The position numbers and the translations under genes were made by a program. A DNA stretch of 64,000 nucleotides from Hypanus sabinus. Lineage: Eukaryota. The stretch lies in the NCBI RefSeq assembly GCF_030144855.1, contig NC_082731.1, forward strand, positions 10,168,001 through 10,232,000, given 5' to 3'. The notes beneath the pieces are model-generated. The model saw nothing but the letters and a program-made list of their open reading frames with translations, did not search any database and had not been told where the DNA came from. The first letter of the stretch is position 1, and each line of letters begins with the position of its first letter. Shown here one piece after another: positions 27,553-40,100 of the stretch.

Positions 27553-28446
27553 AATACGTACACGACGCTGGAAGAACTCCGCAGGTCAGGCAGCTTCTAT
27601 GAGAAAAGAGTAGCCAATGTTTCGGGTCGAGACCCTTCATCAGGAATTGGGTGGGGGAAGACAGGGCCGAAGCCCAGTAATGGAGATAGTGGAAGTGGAA
27701 GGGCTAGAGGCGCCAGGTGGAGAACCAATCAGAGGAAAGATAAAGGGGGGAGGGGATAAGCATGAAAGAACTGTAGAGATAAAGTAGCGGAAAGTTGAAA
27801 GGGGAGAGAGGCAGAGAGGGATCTAGGATAAGGGAAGGGGGAGGGGGGGGAAATATCGGAAATTGGAGAATTCAATGTTCATACCACCAGACCGGAGGCT
27901 ACCCAAACTGTAGATGAGGTAGGTGTTGCTCCTCCAACCTGAGTTTAGCCTCATCATGGCAGTAGAGGAGGCCATGTATGGACATATCTAGATTGGAATG
28001 AGAGGCAGAGTTGAAGTGGGTGGCAACTGGGAGGTCCTGTCTATTGTGACGGACGGAGTGGAGGTGCTCGACGAAGCACCTCATCGACCGTCTGGGTAGC
28101 CTCCATTCTGGTGGTATGAACATTGTATCCTCCTATTTCCGGTAATTCCTTCCCCATTCCCCTTCCCCTATCCTGGTTCCCTCTCTGCCTCTCTCCCCTT
28201 TCAAATTTCTGCTCCTTTATCTCAACAGTTCTTTCATGCTTATCCCCTCCCCCCTTTATCTTTCCTCTGATTGGTTCTCCACCTGGCGTCTCTAGCCCTT
28301 CCACTTCCACTATTTCCATTACTGGGCTTCGGCCCCGTCTCCCCCCCCCCCATTCCTGATGAAGGGTCGCGACCCGAAACGTTGGCTACTCTTTTCTCAC
28401 GGATGCTGCATGACCTGCTAAGTTCTTCCAGCGTCGTGTACGTATT
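27553..28446. mobile_element. Penelope-derived element with ~370-bp inverted arms, each carrying a hammerhead ribozyme motif
   Basis: 27553-27920 is the reverse complement of 28076-28446. The spacer holds a GIY-YIG C-terminal remnant (VATHFNSASHS...EEQHL). Confidence 0.85.
28352..28387 (+). ncRNA. Minimal type-I hammerhead ribozyme motif (Penelope-associated)
   Basis: CUGAUGA-A-GGGUC(GC)GACCC-GAA-ACGU-U core. Stem I is imperfect. The mirror copy is at 27612-27648 on the minus strand. Confidence 0.55.
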
Positions 28447-29232
28447 CTTTGATCCACAGCATCTGCAGTTGTAAATTTTGTGTTTAGGACGTTAAAGAAT
28501 TGGATATATAATTGCCTCAACAACATAACACTTTTACAACAAGCAACCAAGAGCAAAATTCTGCTCACTGCCTTGGCGGGATCAGAATGTTAAATAGAGC
28601 CCCTGCCAAATTCTTTCTGAGTCCTCAGCTGGAAAGACATTTGAAATATGTGGATATGTGGATAAATATGCCTTTCGAATGATTATCTGGTACACATCGT
28701 TTTTAAAGTTCAGCAGTTTAGATATAAAAGGCCATAAGACTATACGGCATGGAACATATTTCCTCAAAGAATTACAATGTCAACTTGGTGTGAAAACATC
28801 GCAGATTCCAACAGCTTACTGCAAACTTGGAATTCAAAAGTGATGTGCCTTATTGCCTGAAGCACTCTTCGCATTATGCATTCTACATTCTGAAAACTAG
28901 TAATTTGTGGATTTGGCGACCTAGCGTAACAAGTTTATTCTGATTTTTACCCAGAGCAAGGGAGACCTTTATCTTCACATCCATCTTCCTTCGTAAGCAC
29001 GCAGCGTCTTCCCTTCATTTTGTTCTCCAAGCATATGTTGAACATGAAGATATGTTCTGATTCGCGCATTCAATCTTGCCTTGATCAATGCCCAATTCAC
29101 TTAAATATAACCTTGTAATCAATGAACCACAGTTTTGAATCGTAATCTACTGGAGACTGTTGCTTTCAATCTATCCGGTGCTAAGACATCATTTCCAGAG
29201 GCATTTTCACTACAACAACCGTTAATCCGAGG

Positions 29233-29390
29233 AACACACACAGAATGCTGGAGGAACTCAGCAGGTGAGGCAGCATCCATGGAAAGTACAGTCAACGTTT
29301 CGGGTCACAGCCATAGATGCTGTCTGGCCTGCTGAGTTCCTCCAGCATTTTATGTGTGTTGCTTGGATCTCCAGCATCTGCAGATCTTCT
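29233..29390. repeat. Short palindromic Penelope pseudo-LTR derivative
   Basis: acacacacagaatgctggaggaactcagcagg ... cctgctgagttcctccagcattttatgtgtgt. A related partial copy is at ~39720-39810. Confidence 0.7.
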
Positions 29391-31189
29391 CTTACTTATG
29401 ATTGAATCCTTAATCTGAGATCTTCAGAAGGACGCCTTCCGTCTCATCGTTAGTTTTTCCCTATATTTCGTCAGAGTTGGACTGATTTCCAGAGTATATC
29501 AGTTTGTAGCTACTAAAGCCACTGTACCAATGTAAAATGAAGAAAAAAAGCCCTACAATCTATAATGATGGCTCAAACTGAAAAAATCTATAATGATTGC
29601 TAATCTGCCAGTTATATACTACGCTTATGATAATAAGTTCAAGTCATATTATTTTATTGTTAATGTTATTAACCAGAAATTTTAATTCTAATTCAGCTAA
29701 TGATGCATATTTACATTCATCCGTTCGGCCAGGACATGATTCACCGGCTCCCCCTCCCCATACATGCACACAGAATTCTCTGTATTTTCATGTGCCTGTG
29801 GAAGACCATCCAGAACATCTCCATTGTATCTATATCTGCCATGACCCTTAGCCGAGCATTCCAGACACACATCACTCTCCATGTAAAACGCATGCGCCGC
29901 ATGTCTCTTTTCAATTGTCCCTCACACCATAAATATATGTCCACTAGCACTACACATTTCGATCCTGTGGAAAATATTTCGGCTGCTTACTCTTTGTATG
30001 CTTCCCATAAATTTATAAGCGCTCTCAGGTTTTCTCTTGCCACGTCAGTCAAGAGTAAGCAATTTCAGTTTCCCAAGCTCTCCTTATACCCCATACCCTC
30101 TAATACAGACAGCATTCTCCTAAACCACTTTTGCATTACTGAAACATTACTTCCTGATGCTTGAACACAGTTCTCTGATTAATAAAGGCAAACATGACAT
30201 TTATCTTCTTTACTCTCCTATCAAATGGGATGCAACTGTGAGATGTCGACATGGATTCCCATGATCGCTCTGTACCTCAAAGTTTGAAAGGATCCTGTCG
30301 CTAACTGTGTAAATGGGACTTTACATTAGATCTTCAAGAGTGCAGCATCTATATTTGCAGGGCTAAAGCTCTATCTGAATTTTCTCTGGCCAGTTCGGCC
30401 ACCGATCTATTTTCTGTTCTAACACTTGACAATGTTCTGTATTATCCATAATACCACCTACCTTCCTGCCATCTACAAACTTAATATTCCCCACATCCAC
30501 GGTTCGTTTAAAGCAATATTTATGTAAATATAATCACAATCACCAAAAAATCCGAGAACAGAAGAACATTAGTGACGCACTTGCAACTGGAATAAGAGCC
30601 ATTGATTACTGCACTCTGTCTTCTGTAAGCACAATTATGAATACAAACAGACAAGTCGCTCAGGATGCAGTGCTTCTTAATATTCTATACGAGTTTCCCA
30701 AGAATGGTGTTGTCGAATATCTCACTGAAACCTACGTAGACATATTCTATCTCAATATCTTAACCAAACACCTCAATCTTCTAGAAAACCCCAGTAATGT
30801 TACTCAGACACGATCTGCCTTTGCACAACGCCATACTGACCATCCCTAATTAGGTCATGATTTACCAAATGTTCATAAATTCTGTCCCTAAGAATCATCT
30901 TCATTAGGTTCCCTACCACTGACATGAGAACCACCAATCTGTTATTTCCAGATTATCTCCATCCCCATTCTTGAACAAAGAAACAACATTGGCTACATGC
31001 ACCTTCCTTGAGATGCAAAAATACAAGTTATACAAAGCATTGCCAATTGTAAGTGCACATTGTGTATCAACAGCAATCATGTCTTCCTTCCTAATAGAAT
31101 GTCTTCTATCCACGATTGGACCAATTAAATGATGCAACATCGAACGAAGTTCCCTCTCTTTCTGGCAAACAGGTACCATGACTGGTGGC

Positions 31190-32700
31190 AGCTGAGTCGA
31201 GGAGAACGCTATCCAGGGTAAATCCATGCAATGCTGCAGGTCTGGACAACATACCGGGGCAGGGACTAAGGAACAGAGCGGCCCAGTTGACAGAGATATT
31301 AAGGGAGATATTTCTATTTGTCTGAAACAGTCCACTGGCCCTGTACGTTTCAAGGCAACCACAATCATTCCGATATCCCTGAAAGCAACGATAACTGATG
31401 TAAATGACTGTCGCCCAGTGGCACTGACTTCAATAATCATGAAGTGGTTCGAGCGGCTGAGTAATAGAATACATAAAATCCTGCCTCTTAGCTACACTGG
31501 ATCATTTCCAGCTCGCCTACAGCTCAAACTGATATGCCATTGATGCTGCCATAGACCAGGCCGTCTTGTCTACCTGGAAAACAATGCCTCGTACTCCAGA
31601 ATGTTTTTCATTGACTGCAGCTCGGTGTGTAATATTACCACCCCTCAGCAGCTGGTGGCTAAGTTGTCCTCGTCGGGACTCAATATTCCTCTCTGTAACT
31701 GGACTTTGGACGACTTGATGGAAATACCCCAATCACTCCGTGCTGGCAGGAAAATCTCAATCTCCATTATGCTGAGCACTGATGCCCCATGGTGTATTCT
31801 CAGCCTGCTGTTCATGCTTGAGGCTCACGGCTGCACTGCTAGATTCATCTCAACCCGCATCATCAGCTTCAATGATGAGACTACAGTGAATGGGTTCATC
31901 AGCAACAATCACGAATCAGCATTCAGAGCTGCAGTATACAGACAAGTCAAATGTTGCTAGAATAACATTCTGAGTCTCAAGGTGGATAAGTCAAAAGAGA
32001 TTATTGTGGTCTTCAGGAAGGCACAGGTGGACCCCTCTCCATTGCACAGCCAAAGGTGTGCAATGATGAGAGATACAAGAGCGCAAAGTTTCTCAGTGTG
32101 CACATATCTTACTATCTAACCTGGATGTACATCCCCTCTTCACTAGTCAGGAAGGCACGGCAGCTCTTTCATGCGAACTTGAGGCGTGCAATGCTCCCGC
32201 TGCCATTCTAACAGCTTTCTACAGAAGTACAATCGAGTGTCATATTGGCTGCATCATTGTGTAGTACCAAAGCTCCAAGGCATCGGACCACAAGATCAGA
32301 AGGCACCAAAACCAGCTGAAAGGATCATTGGGGGTCTCCCACATCCCGCACCCCTCCATATGTGACACTTACCAGAAGCATTGTTGTGGATCAATACCAC
32401 CCATCCCACAATCTCTTAGACCCACTTCCATCCGGAAGGAGGTAAAGAAGCGTCATGACTACTTCTGCCAGACTAACAGCTGAAGAGTTTGAGACTTATC
32501 AATACTCTGCCACAACTGAGGTCACGTTACCAGGACTTCGAACTGTGTACTGGTTATCCATGCTGCACTTCCAATTATATTTTATTAACTCATTCATAGT
32601 ATAATACTTTCGTTTATGTGCTCTGTGTGATATATGTTGTGTTGAACCACCGTGGTCTGACTGTACTGAATGTTATAATATTTGTGTTGTACAATCAAAT
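31190..32700 (+). mobile_element. Rex1/Babar-type LINE fragment
   Basis: FKATTIIPI, DCRPVALTSIIMKWFERL, MFFIDCSSVCNI, LCNWTLD; tail (ttgaac)n at ~32710. Confidence 0.85.
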
Positions 32701-33972
32701 GACAATAAACTTGACCTTGAACTTGAACAAAGTTGTTGGTCAACAGTAATTGCAGCAATCGCCTCTCTACAGAATACTTCAAATGGACCTGGAAACACTT
32801 CGAAAGTAATGATTTTAAAGTGACCTTACTCTACCGATTTTCTTATTGAAATTTCGTAGCATCTTAGCATGCTCCACTCTGATCTCACTATCCTGTAAAG
32901 ATTTCCTCTTGGTGAAAACCGACGCAAAATGCACATTTAGAACTGCACTGCTCACTTTCCAAAAACATGCTTCCAGCTTTTTCTGTCAGTGGTTCTATCC
33001 TATTCCTAGTTATTCCCGAGGATTATTACATCTCTCTCTGTCCTCTAATTTAATTCTGAAGTTCTATTCGGGCTTCTTTAATTTTCTGCGTATCACTGTT
33101 CGATGTTTTCCTCCTAAACATTATGAATGCTATTTTTTCTAATTGTCTAAATTTCCCACGCCTGTCGCCATCGAAAGTTCCTTAGAAGTTGTATGTTCCA
33201 TTCAAGTTACACATTTTTATGAGTAACATCGACCTTCGGTGTTTGATAATCATTCACATTCGTTGCCCATCTGCTTCTTCCCTTCACTTCAAATTGGAAT
33301 GTGTGTCATATTTTACTATGTTATTCGAATTTCGAACAAATATCTTTAAAATAAACAACCTGACAGGATCTTCATCCCTAAATCTAGCTGCGGTGTTTTC
33401 CCGGATCATAAATGACCCGGATTAATGCCCGACATTAGGCACATCTAAGTTTTATTTTCACAGTAATGTTTTCGGTCCAGCCGAATTCCTCCAGAATCTT
33501 GTGTGGTGCTTCGTTATTACGCACATACACTGCAAGCGAGGTCACTAAATTCTAAGACACTACCATTGACGATAAACTGAAGGTCAGTTTTCTGACAACG
33601 GCTGGCCTCAGATTCATGTGGACTACCAATGATGAACAGACGATGGACCGCGAGATAATAATGTGCAACAACAGGAATATTATTTAGTTATTCTTGGTGA
33701 TTAAACGAATAGCCTTTAGTGTATTTGCTGTCTCAAGTTGACGGTTACTCATGGACGATTTTAACACATATTTGAAGCCCTCTCCAGATACTAAAGCAAA
33801 AAAAGAATGGAAATACATTCAGTGCGGATGGAAAGAAGCAATGGAGATCTTTCTCTATATCTCCATCCATACGTTAATGCGGCACATATTTCACCGATGT
33901 AATTATGGAAATATCGGTTATAATATATATCATTAACCGAGCTATAATTGCAGTTGATACGCCTTCTGCATT

Positions 33973-34006
33973 ATGCAAATGAGCCCAGTCTCTCGAGGCT
34001 TATAAA
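33973..34006 (+). promoter_or_regulatory. IgNAR V promoter: octamer ATGCAAAT (33973-33980) and TATA box TATAAA (34001-34006)
   Basis: Perfect motifs 20 bp apart, about 90 bp upstream of the leader ATG. Confidence 0.85.
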
Positions 34007-34096
34007 GTCTTTGCTCCTTCACAAGGTTGCACAGACAGCCGACGCTGTTGTCTGGAACTTTCTCTACTTAACAGGCTTTCTGGCGGAGAAGAAACA

Positions 34097-34139
34097 ATGA
34101 ATATTCTGTGTATTTTGACAATTTTAGCGTGGTTACCGA
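34097..34139 (+). CDS. IgNAR: IgNAR leader exon ([14 protein letters not shown])
   Basis: ATG at 34097, hydrophobic core, AWLP motif as in shark IgNAR leaders, donor GTACGT at 34140. Confidence 0.92.
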
Positions 34140-37100
34140 GTACGTGCAGTTCATTTTTAAAGAGAATAATGATTATTGTATTGCCGTTGCGTAGAAAATT
34201 TCATTTTATGTTAAATCCTGTGCTGCTTCAGAAATGCGATGATTAAAAATGATTTCCTCGTTTCAGGTGCCTTCAGTGCATGGATGGAACAAACACCAAG
34301 CGAAGCAACAAAACAACCAGGCGAAACTCTGACCATCAACTGTATTTTAATATATTCTCCCTATGATTTGGATGAACCACATTGGTACCGCCAAATTCCC
34401 GGTCAAGATTATAGGGAACGATTATCGACTGGAGGGCGATTTGCGGAATCTGTCAACCATCAGGCAAAGTCCTTTTCCTTGCAGATCAGTAATCTAGTTG
34501 CGGAAGACACAGCCATTTATTTTTGCAATAATTACTACTCCCACAGTAACGGAGCTGAGCACAAACCAATTCAAATACGTTTTGAAAATCTTTCACGCCA
34601 GAAACTATAATTGCTTCGGCCCAGTGGAGAAGAAACTTGCTAGCAGTAACGGAATCCACCGTAGAGCGAGGGCTGGTTCATAAAAAAATTAGCGACAGTC
34701 GCTATGCCGCACATATCCAAGCGGGCACAGTGGGAGGTCCAGCGTCACTTTGTCCTTCCAGAGTTATGAAAATGGAGACCTTATTGCTATTGCATCAATC
34801 ACTGTGCCAGAGACCATGTGTGGATGTGTCACAGTGATTTATCTTCAATCCCCGTCATACATAAATCTCCTCCGCAATTCTCAATGCAAAACTAATGCAA
34901 GACATTCCTTCAGCGACTAAAACTTTTCACTGACAAACATTCTGCCTCTGCCAGACACTGGTACGTATAATGGAGCCTTGCTCTATATATTTGTGTAATT
35001 GTAGTATAAATATTATAATCATATGAGTAACAAAGCTTTGATATTTTCCTTGATGTCTGTCTGGCTAAGAGTTATTATCGATGGAAGCCAATAAAACATT
35101 TTCATTCATGTCCAGTTCCCTCATATCATGGAGGTATAGGATTACTTGACGGATTTATACACTATTTACAACAGTGAGGTTATTGTGCTCACGTGAAATG
35201 ATGTGCCATTACTATGCCACAGTAGTCTAAGCCATAGCACAAACCTCCGGGACTGTTTTATTTTGTTCCTCGATTTGTAAATGAGATTACAAACTGTGAC
35301 TTTACGTTCATGGATGTTGCTCGACATAATTTGGAAAAAAATCTTCGTTGCGTTGAATTCTGCCCACATTCCTTGGTGCTCAATCATCAACATTCCTGTT
35401 TCAATATCACATACCCTTATTATGCACTGAATAAACAGAAGAGCGGATGAAAACAAAGAAATTGAGACCCATTAATGACTAGAATATATTGTTAAACCAT
35501 TTGTTCGTGTCTAATTCTGGAAGATCGACCTTTATAAATCGCTCTTAATGATTACTTTCCGTATTGGGATGAATAGGAAGTAAATCATTGTGTGACTTAT
35601 ACGGAGCTGGCACAAAGCTGACTGTGAAAGCTGGTAAGTGACATCTTTTATTACATTTTGGGCAAGCGCATATATTCCCCGATGAGAAGGGCAATGAGAT
35701 TCTTATTTAAGTAATACAAACGAGGTAGTGCAATTTAATAATGTACTTTTGGAATAGAAAAATACTAACTCGCTGAGATGTCACAGAAGAAATTACATAC
35801 GCGCCTTTCCTCCCAAGATAATACATTCATTGGCTTAAAAGAAGAAAACCGAACATAGTATTTTTACAAATCGAATCGCACCAATTACCCTCGACCTGCT
35901 GCATGCCTCCCCCGACAGTAACTTTAAAGTGTTACCTGATGCATTGATATAATGCTATTTTTCATGTATTTGTATATTTGTGTGCCGATTAGCTTCCCAC
36001 TGTCACAGACATGAGCTATATTGCCGTGCGATACCTCTATTAGAGGAAACCTCTTTATCGGTTGAAATATATGAAGATTTAGAGTGCCATGTGAACCCGA
36101 GTACGAAAGAACCTTGAAGATGAAATAGGTTTCATTGCATAAAAGTGTCGATAGAAATATAAACTGTAATTCAATAATTTGATACTTGGCGGGGAGGTTG
36201 AAGCATAAATTCGTAATGAAAACAAATTCGTACTTTTCTGGAATAGAATAACATGCCTTTTATTTAGAAACACACATCGTGGTCTAATAATCCTTATAAT
36301 GCGTACAAGTCTGGAAGTATGGGCTGAAACAGATTTTCTCAGACTCGTTTGACTTGTATACCTTTGGTTATATTTTAATGTCAGTATCCAGAATGTTCAG
36401 GGAAGGCAGAGGCAGGCGAAAGGTGGTTCTGATTGCAAGGCTAGAAGAGATACTGGTTGAATGGTAACATAATCAACTTAGTCTGCGAAAGCGGGACACG
36501 ATAATATTAAATCTCCACCATCTTGCTCAATGCTTCAAGTCAATTGCCACCGCGCTACTTTCAGTTAAAAGTTACACTCCAGATCGTAATAAATGTTCTT
36601 TCAGGTGTTCAGTATCGCTCCAGGCACGAATTGTAAAAGTCCCCAGTGTTAAACAGACTGTGGTGCAGGACAAAATATAAAATTGCCGTCAGTTAAATAT
36701 AGGGTGCAATGGAAACATTGCTGGAAAACGTGTTTTAATTTTCATCAAATGAATTGAACAATAGTGCCTACAAGTAATTCCTCCCCAATACAAGCTCAAA
36801 AGAAGGTAAATATCTGACAGTATCCTGCCACCCACAAAAGCGGAGGGAAGCAATTTATAAAACTACCCATAATTCGTGCAATTTATTTGACCTTATTGCT
36901 GTTAGTTTGTTTCATTTTTTTAAGTTTCAAACATGCTGTAAAGTTCCTTTGTCCGAGCTTAGCTCGTTCTAAAACTCCTCTGAATTTCGTTTTTGTCTGT
37001 ATATTTGTTGGAACCTAGTCCAATTCTACGTGTTTTTTTTATTAATAGGCAAGTAAAAAAGTCGCCTTTGATAGTATGTAGCGCTGAGGAATATTATTCC

Positions 37101-40100
37101 ATCTGCCCAGCCCATTTTCTCCCAATACTAGCAATTAATGTAGACCTTCCCCTCGGGTTTTGATCATTTTGGTGAAAGGAACTTATCAGACGTCAAACAC
37201 AGCCGATTCCGCGCACTTAAACAAACAATTGGGAAGGGTTCGACAGAGGAGTACCGGAGGATGAATTTATTGAATACTTCCAAACTAAATCAATACCTTT
37301 TCTATTTTGATGTGCTTGTGACAATCGAAAGGAAGCTGTCTCATACCAGCACCTGTTATTCAGTCCAGTGAAATGAATGGATGGTTCCTGATCTCCGAGT
37401 CGTATCTCAAGATTCCTTCGCTTCGACAAGTGACATCCAGGGTTTTCTGTCTTGATCCCCATAACTCGACGCACATATTTTATCTTCACCTTTACTTCCC
37501 TTGCAAATCCAGAGCGGTTAGAATCAATTCTCTCAATCAGTACCCAGGATTACCCATAAGGCAATGACATTGGAGCAGAATTAGGCCATTCGGCCCATCG
37601 AGTGTGCTTCGCTATTTCAAGTTATCAACAATCTATCAACCTGACCTTTAAATACACTCAATGATCTGGCCTGTACACCGTGTATTGCAACGAAATCCAC
37701 AGATTCACCACCGTCTGGCTAAAGAAATTCATGCTCATCTCCTTTCTAAATGGACGTCCCTCAGTTCTGTCGTTGTGCCCTCTGATTCTAGACTCCTTCA
37801 CAAGAGGAACCATATTCTTCTCGTCCACATCGTTTAGGCTTTTCCACACTTGATACGTTTTTAACGTCATCACCCTCTAATTTTTACTAAATTCCAATAA
37901 ATACAGGCCAGAGCCATCAAACGCTCCTCATATGATAGACGTTCAAACTTTGAATCACTTTAGTCAATTTACTTTGAACTTTCTACAAATGTCATCACAT
38001 CCTTTCCAAGATAAGAAGCCCCAAGCGTTGTCCTTCTGCCGAAGTGCATGACCATACACTTCTTCTTTGTATTACAACTGTCACTTCTTTGATCATTCTC
38101 CCAATCCACCTAAGTCCTTCCGCAGACTCCCTGTTTTCTCAAAACTCCCGACTCTCAACATATCTGGAATCCTCTGCAAACCGCCACAAAGTCATCAATT
38201 TATTGGCATATAACGTAAAAAGATGCGGCCCGACAGACCACTGTATAACACCAGAGTCACCGCAACCAACCGATACAGACTGGCTTTATTCCCACTCTGC
38301 CTCCTGCCAATCAGCCAATCCGTGCTAGTATCTTTCCTCTAATACCGAGGCTACGTCTGCAAAGAGTTCTAAATAATTTGTGAAGATTTTTCCCTTAAGG
38401 AAGCTATGCTTCCAAGTACCCGAAGCCTCAGCCTTAACAATCGAATTAAACATTTTCCAACCACTGAGGTAAGCTTAACTGGTCTATAATTTACTTTATT
38501 CAGCCTTCTTCCTTTGTTGAAGAGTGTATCGACATTTGCAATTTTACAGCCCTCTGGAATCATGCCAGAATCTAGTGATTCTTGAAGGATCACTACTAAA
38601 GCCTCCACAACCTCATCAACTACCACTTTAAAACCATAGGTTGTAGTCCATTTGGTCCAGATGATTTATCCACTTGCAGTCCTATCAGCTTTCCAAGCAC
38701 CTTCTCTCTAGTAATACAGTATCTCCCATCCATGCTTTGTTACGCTTGCTGTTCCTTAACTCTACCTATAGCGATTCTACATCTTCGATCCTTTATCACC
38801 TCTTTCTCAGTATTGAATTTCATTTTCTCCTAACAGAATCAAGCCATCCCTTCTACCTACCTGTCAGTTCTGTCCATACAATGTGTATCCTTGGATGTTA
38901 AGCTCCCAACTATAATCTTCTTTCAGCCATGACTCAGTGATGACTACATCGTCATATCCGCCAGTCTCAAACTGCGCTACAAATCATCTACCTTATTTTG
39001 CAAACTGCATGCATTCAGATATAAGATCTTCTGTCCAGTATTCGTCACCATTTTTGCACATGTCTCCCTGTTACACTACAAGTCACTGACTGCCATTTTG
39101 CTCAATCATCTATCTGACCTTCTTGAAAATCCCACTACACACTGCCTCTGCTTGCATACCAGCTGCCACAACCTCAGCACTATCTCACCGTCTCCCATCA
39201 CCTCGCCAAGTTAGTTGAAACCCTCTGCAACAGCTCCTGTAAACATTCCTGCAAATATATTGATCCCCAAGCACGCTCCTATTGTGTAGGTCATCCAGAA
39301 GAGATCTCAATGATCTTCAACAGTGCCCCTGCACTATTTCCTCAAACATACATTCATCTGCTAGACTATCCTATTTTGAACTTCACTGTGGCGCAGCACT
39401 GGCAGAACTCCAGAGAGCACAGTAAAACACTGGAGGTCCTGGTTTTCAGCTTTTTACTTAGAAGCTTAAATTCTCTCTTTAGGACTTCTCCCTTTTCCTA
39501 CCTATGGCATTGGTGTTTCTGTGTACCCAGACTTCTGTCTGCTCATCTTCCCCATTTAAAATTCTTTGGACCCATTCCGAGACGCCTCTGAAACTTGCAC
39601 TTATGAAACAACATATTATCTTGGTGACTCTATCGTGTCCACAGATTCTGGCGTCAATTGCTCCTATTACTAGAGCAAACACGAGGAACTCCGCAGCTCC
39701 TGTAAATTCAAACAACAACACTGTCGATGTTTCGAGCCGAGGGTTCTCCCTGTAGATGTTGCCTGGCCTGTTGTGTTCCACCAGCATTTTGTGTGTGTTC
39801 TTGTTCCTATCACTAGTTCTGTCCCCTTTCCTTTTGAGCCACAGCAGCAGATGCAGTGCCAGAAACCCTAACGCTGCGGTTTCCCCCTGTTGGTAGGTCG
39901 TCGTANNNNNNNNNNNNNNNNNNNNNNNNNNNNNNNNNNNNNNNNNNNNNNNNNNNNNNNNNNNNNNNNNNNNNNNNNNNNNNNNNNNNNNNNNNNNNNN
40001 NNNNNNNNNNNNNNNNNNNNNNNNNNNNNNNNNNNNNNNNTTATTATTGAGGGGAAAAGCCAGAGACGTATTCTGCATTGGCTGCCCATTTTCTTTCCTT

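Noticed and set aside
35206-35217. Inverted D2 (CATAGTAATGG) resembles the V heptamer and spacer start (CACAGTAACGG)
   Set aside because: Only 11 nt with two mismatches, which is within chance.
35271-35298. AACTGTG as the 5' heptamer of a third D
   Set aside because: The nonamer matches at most 4-5/9 at valid spacings and no 3' heptamer follows.
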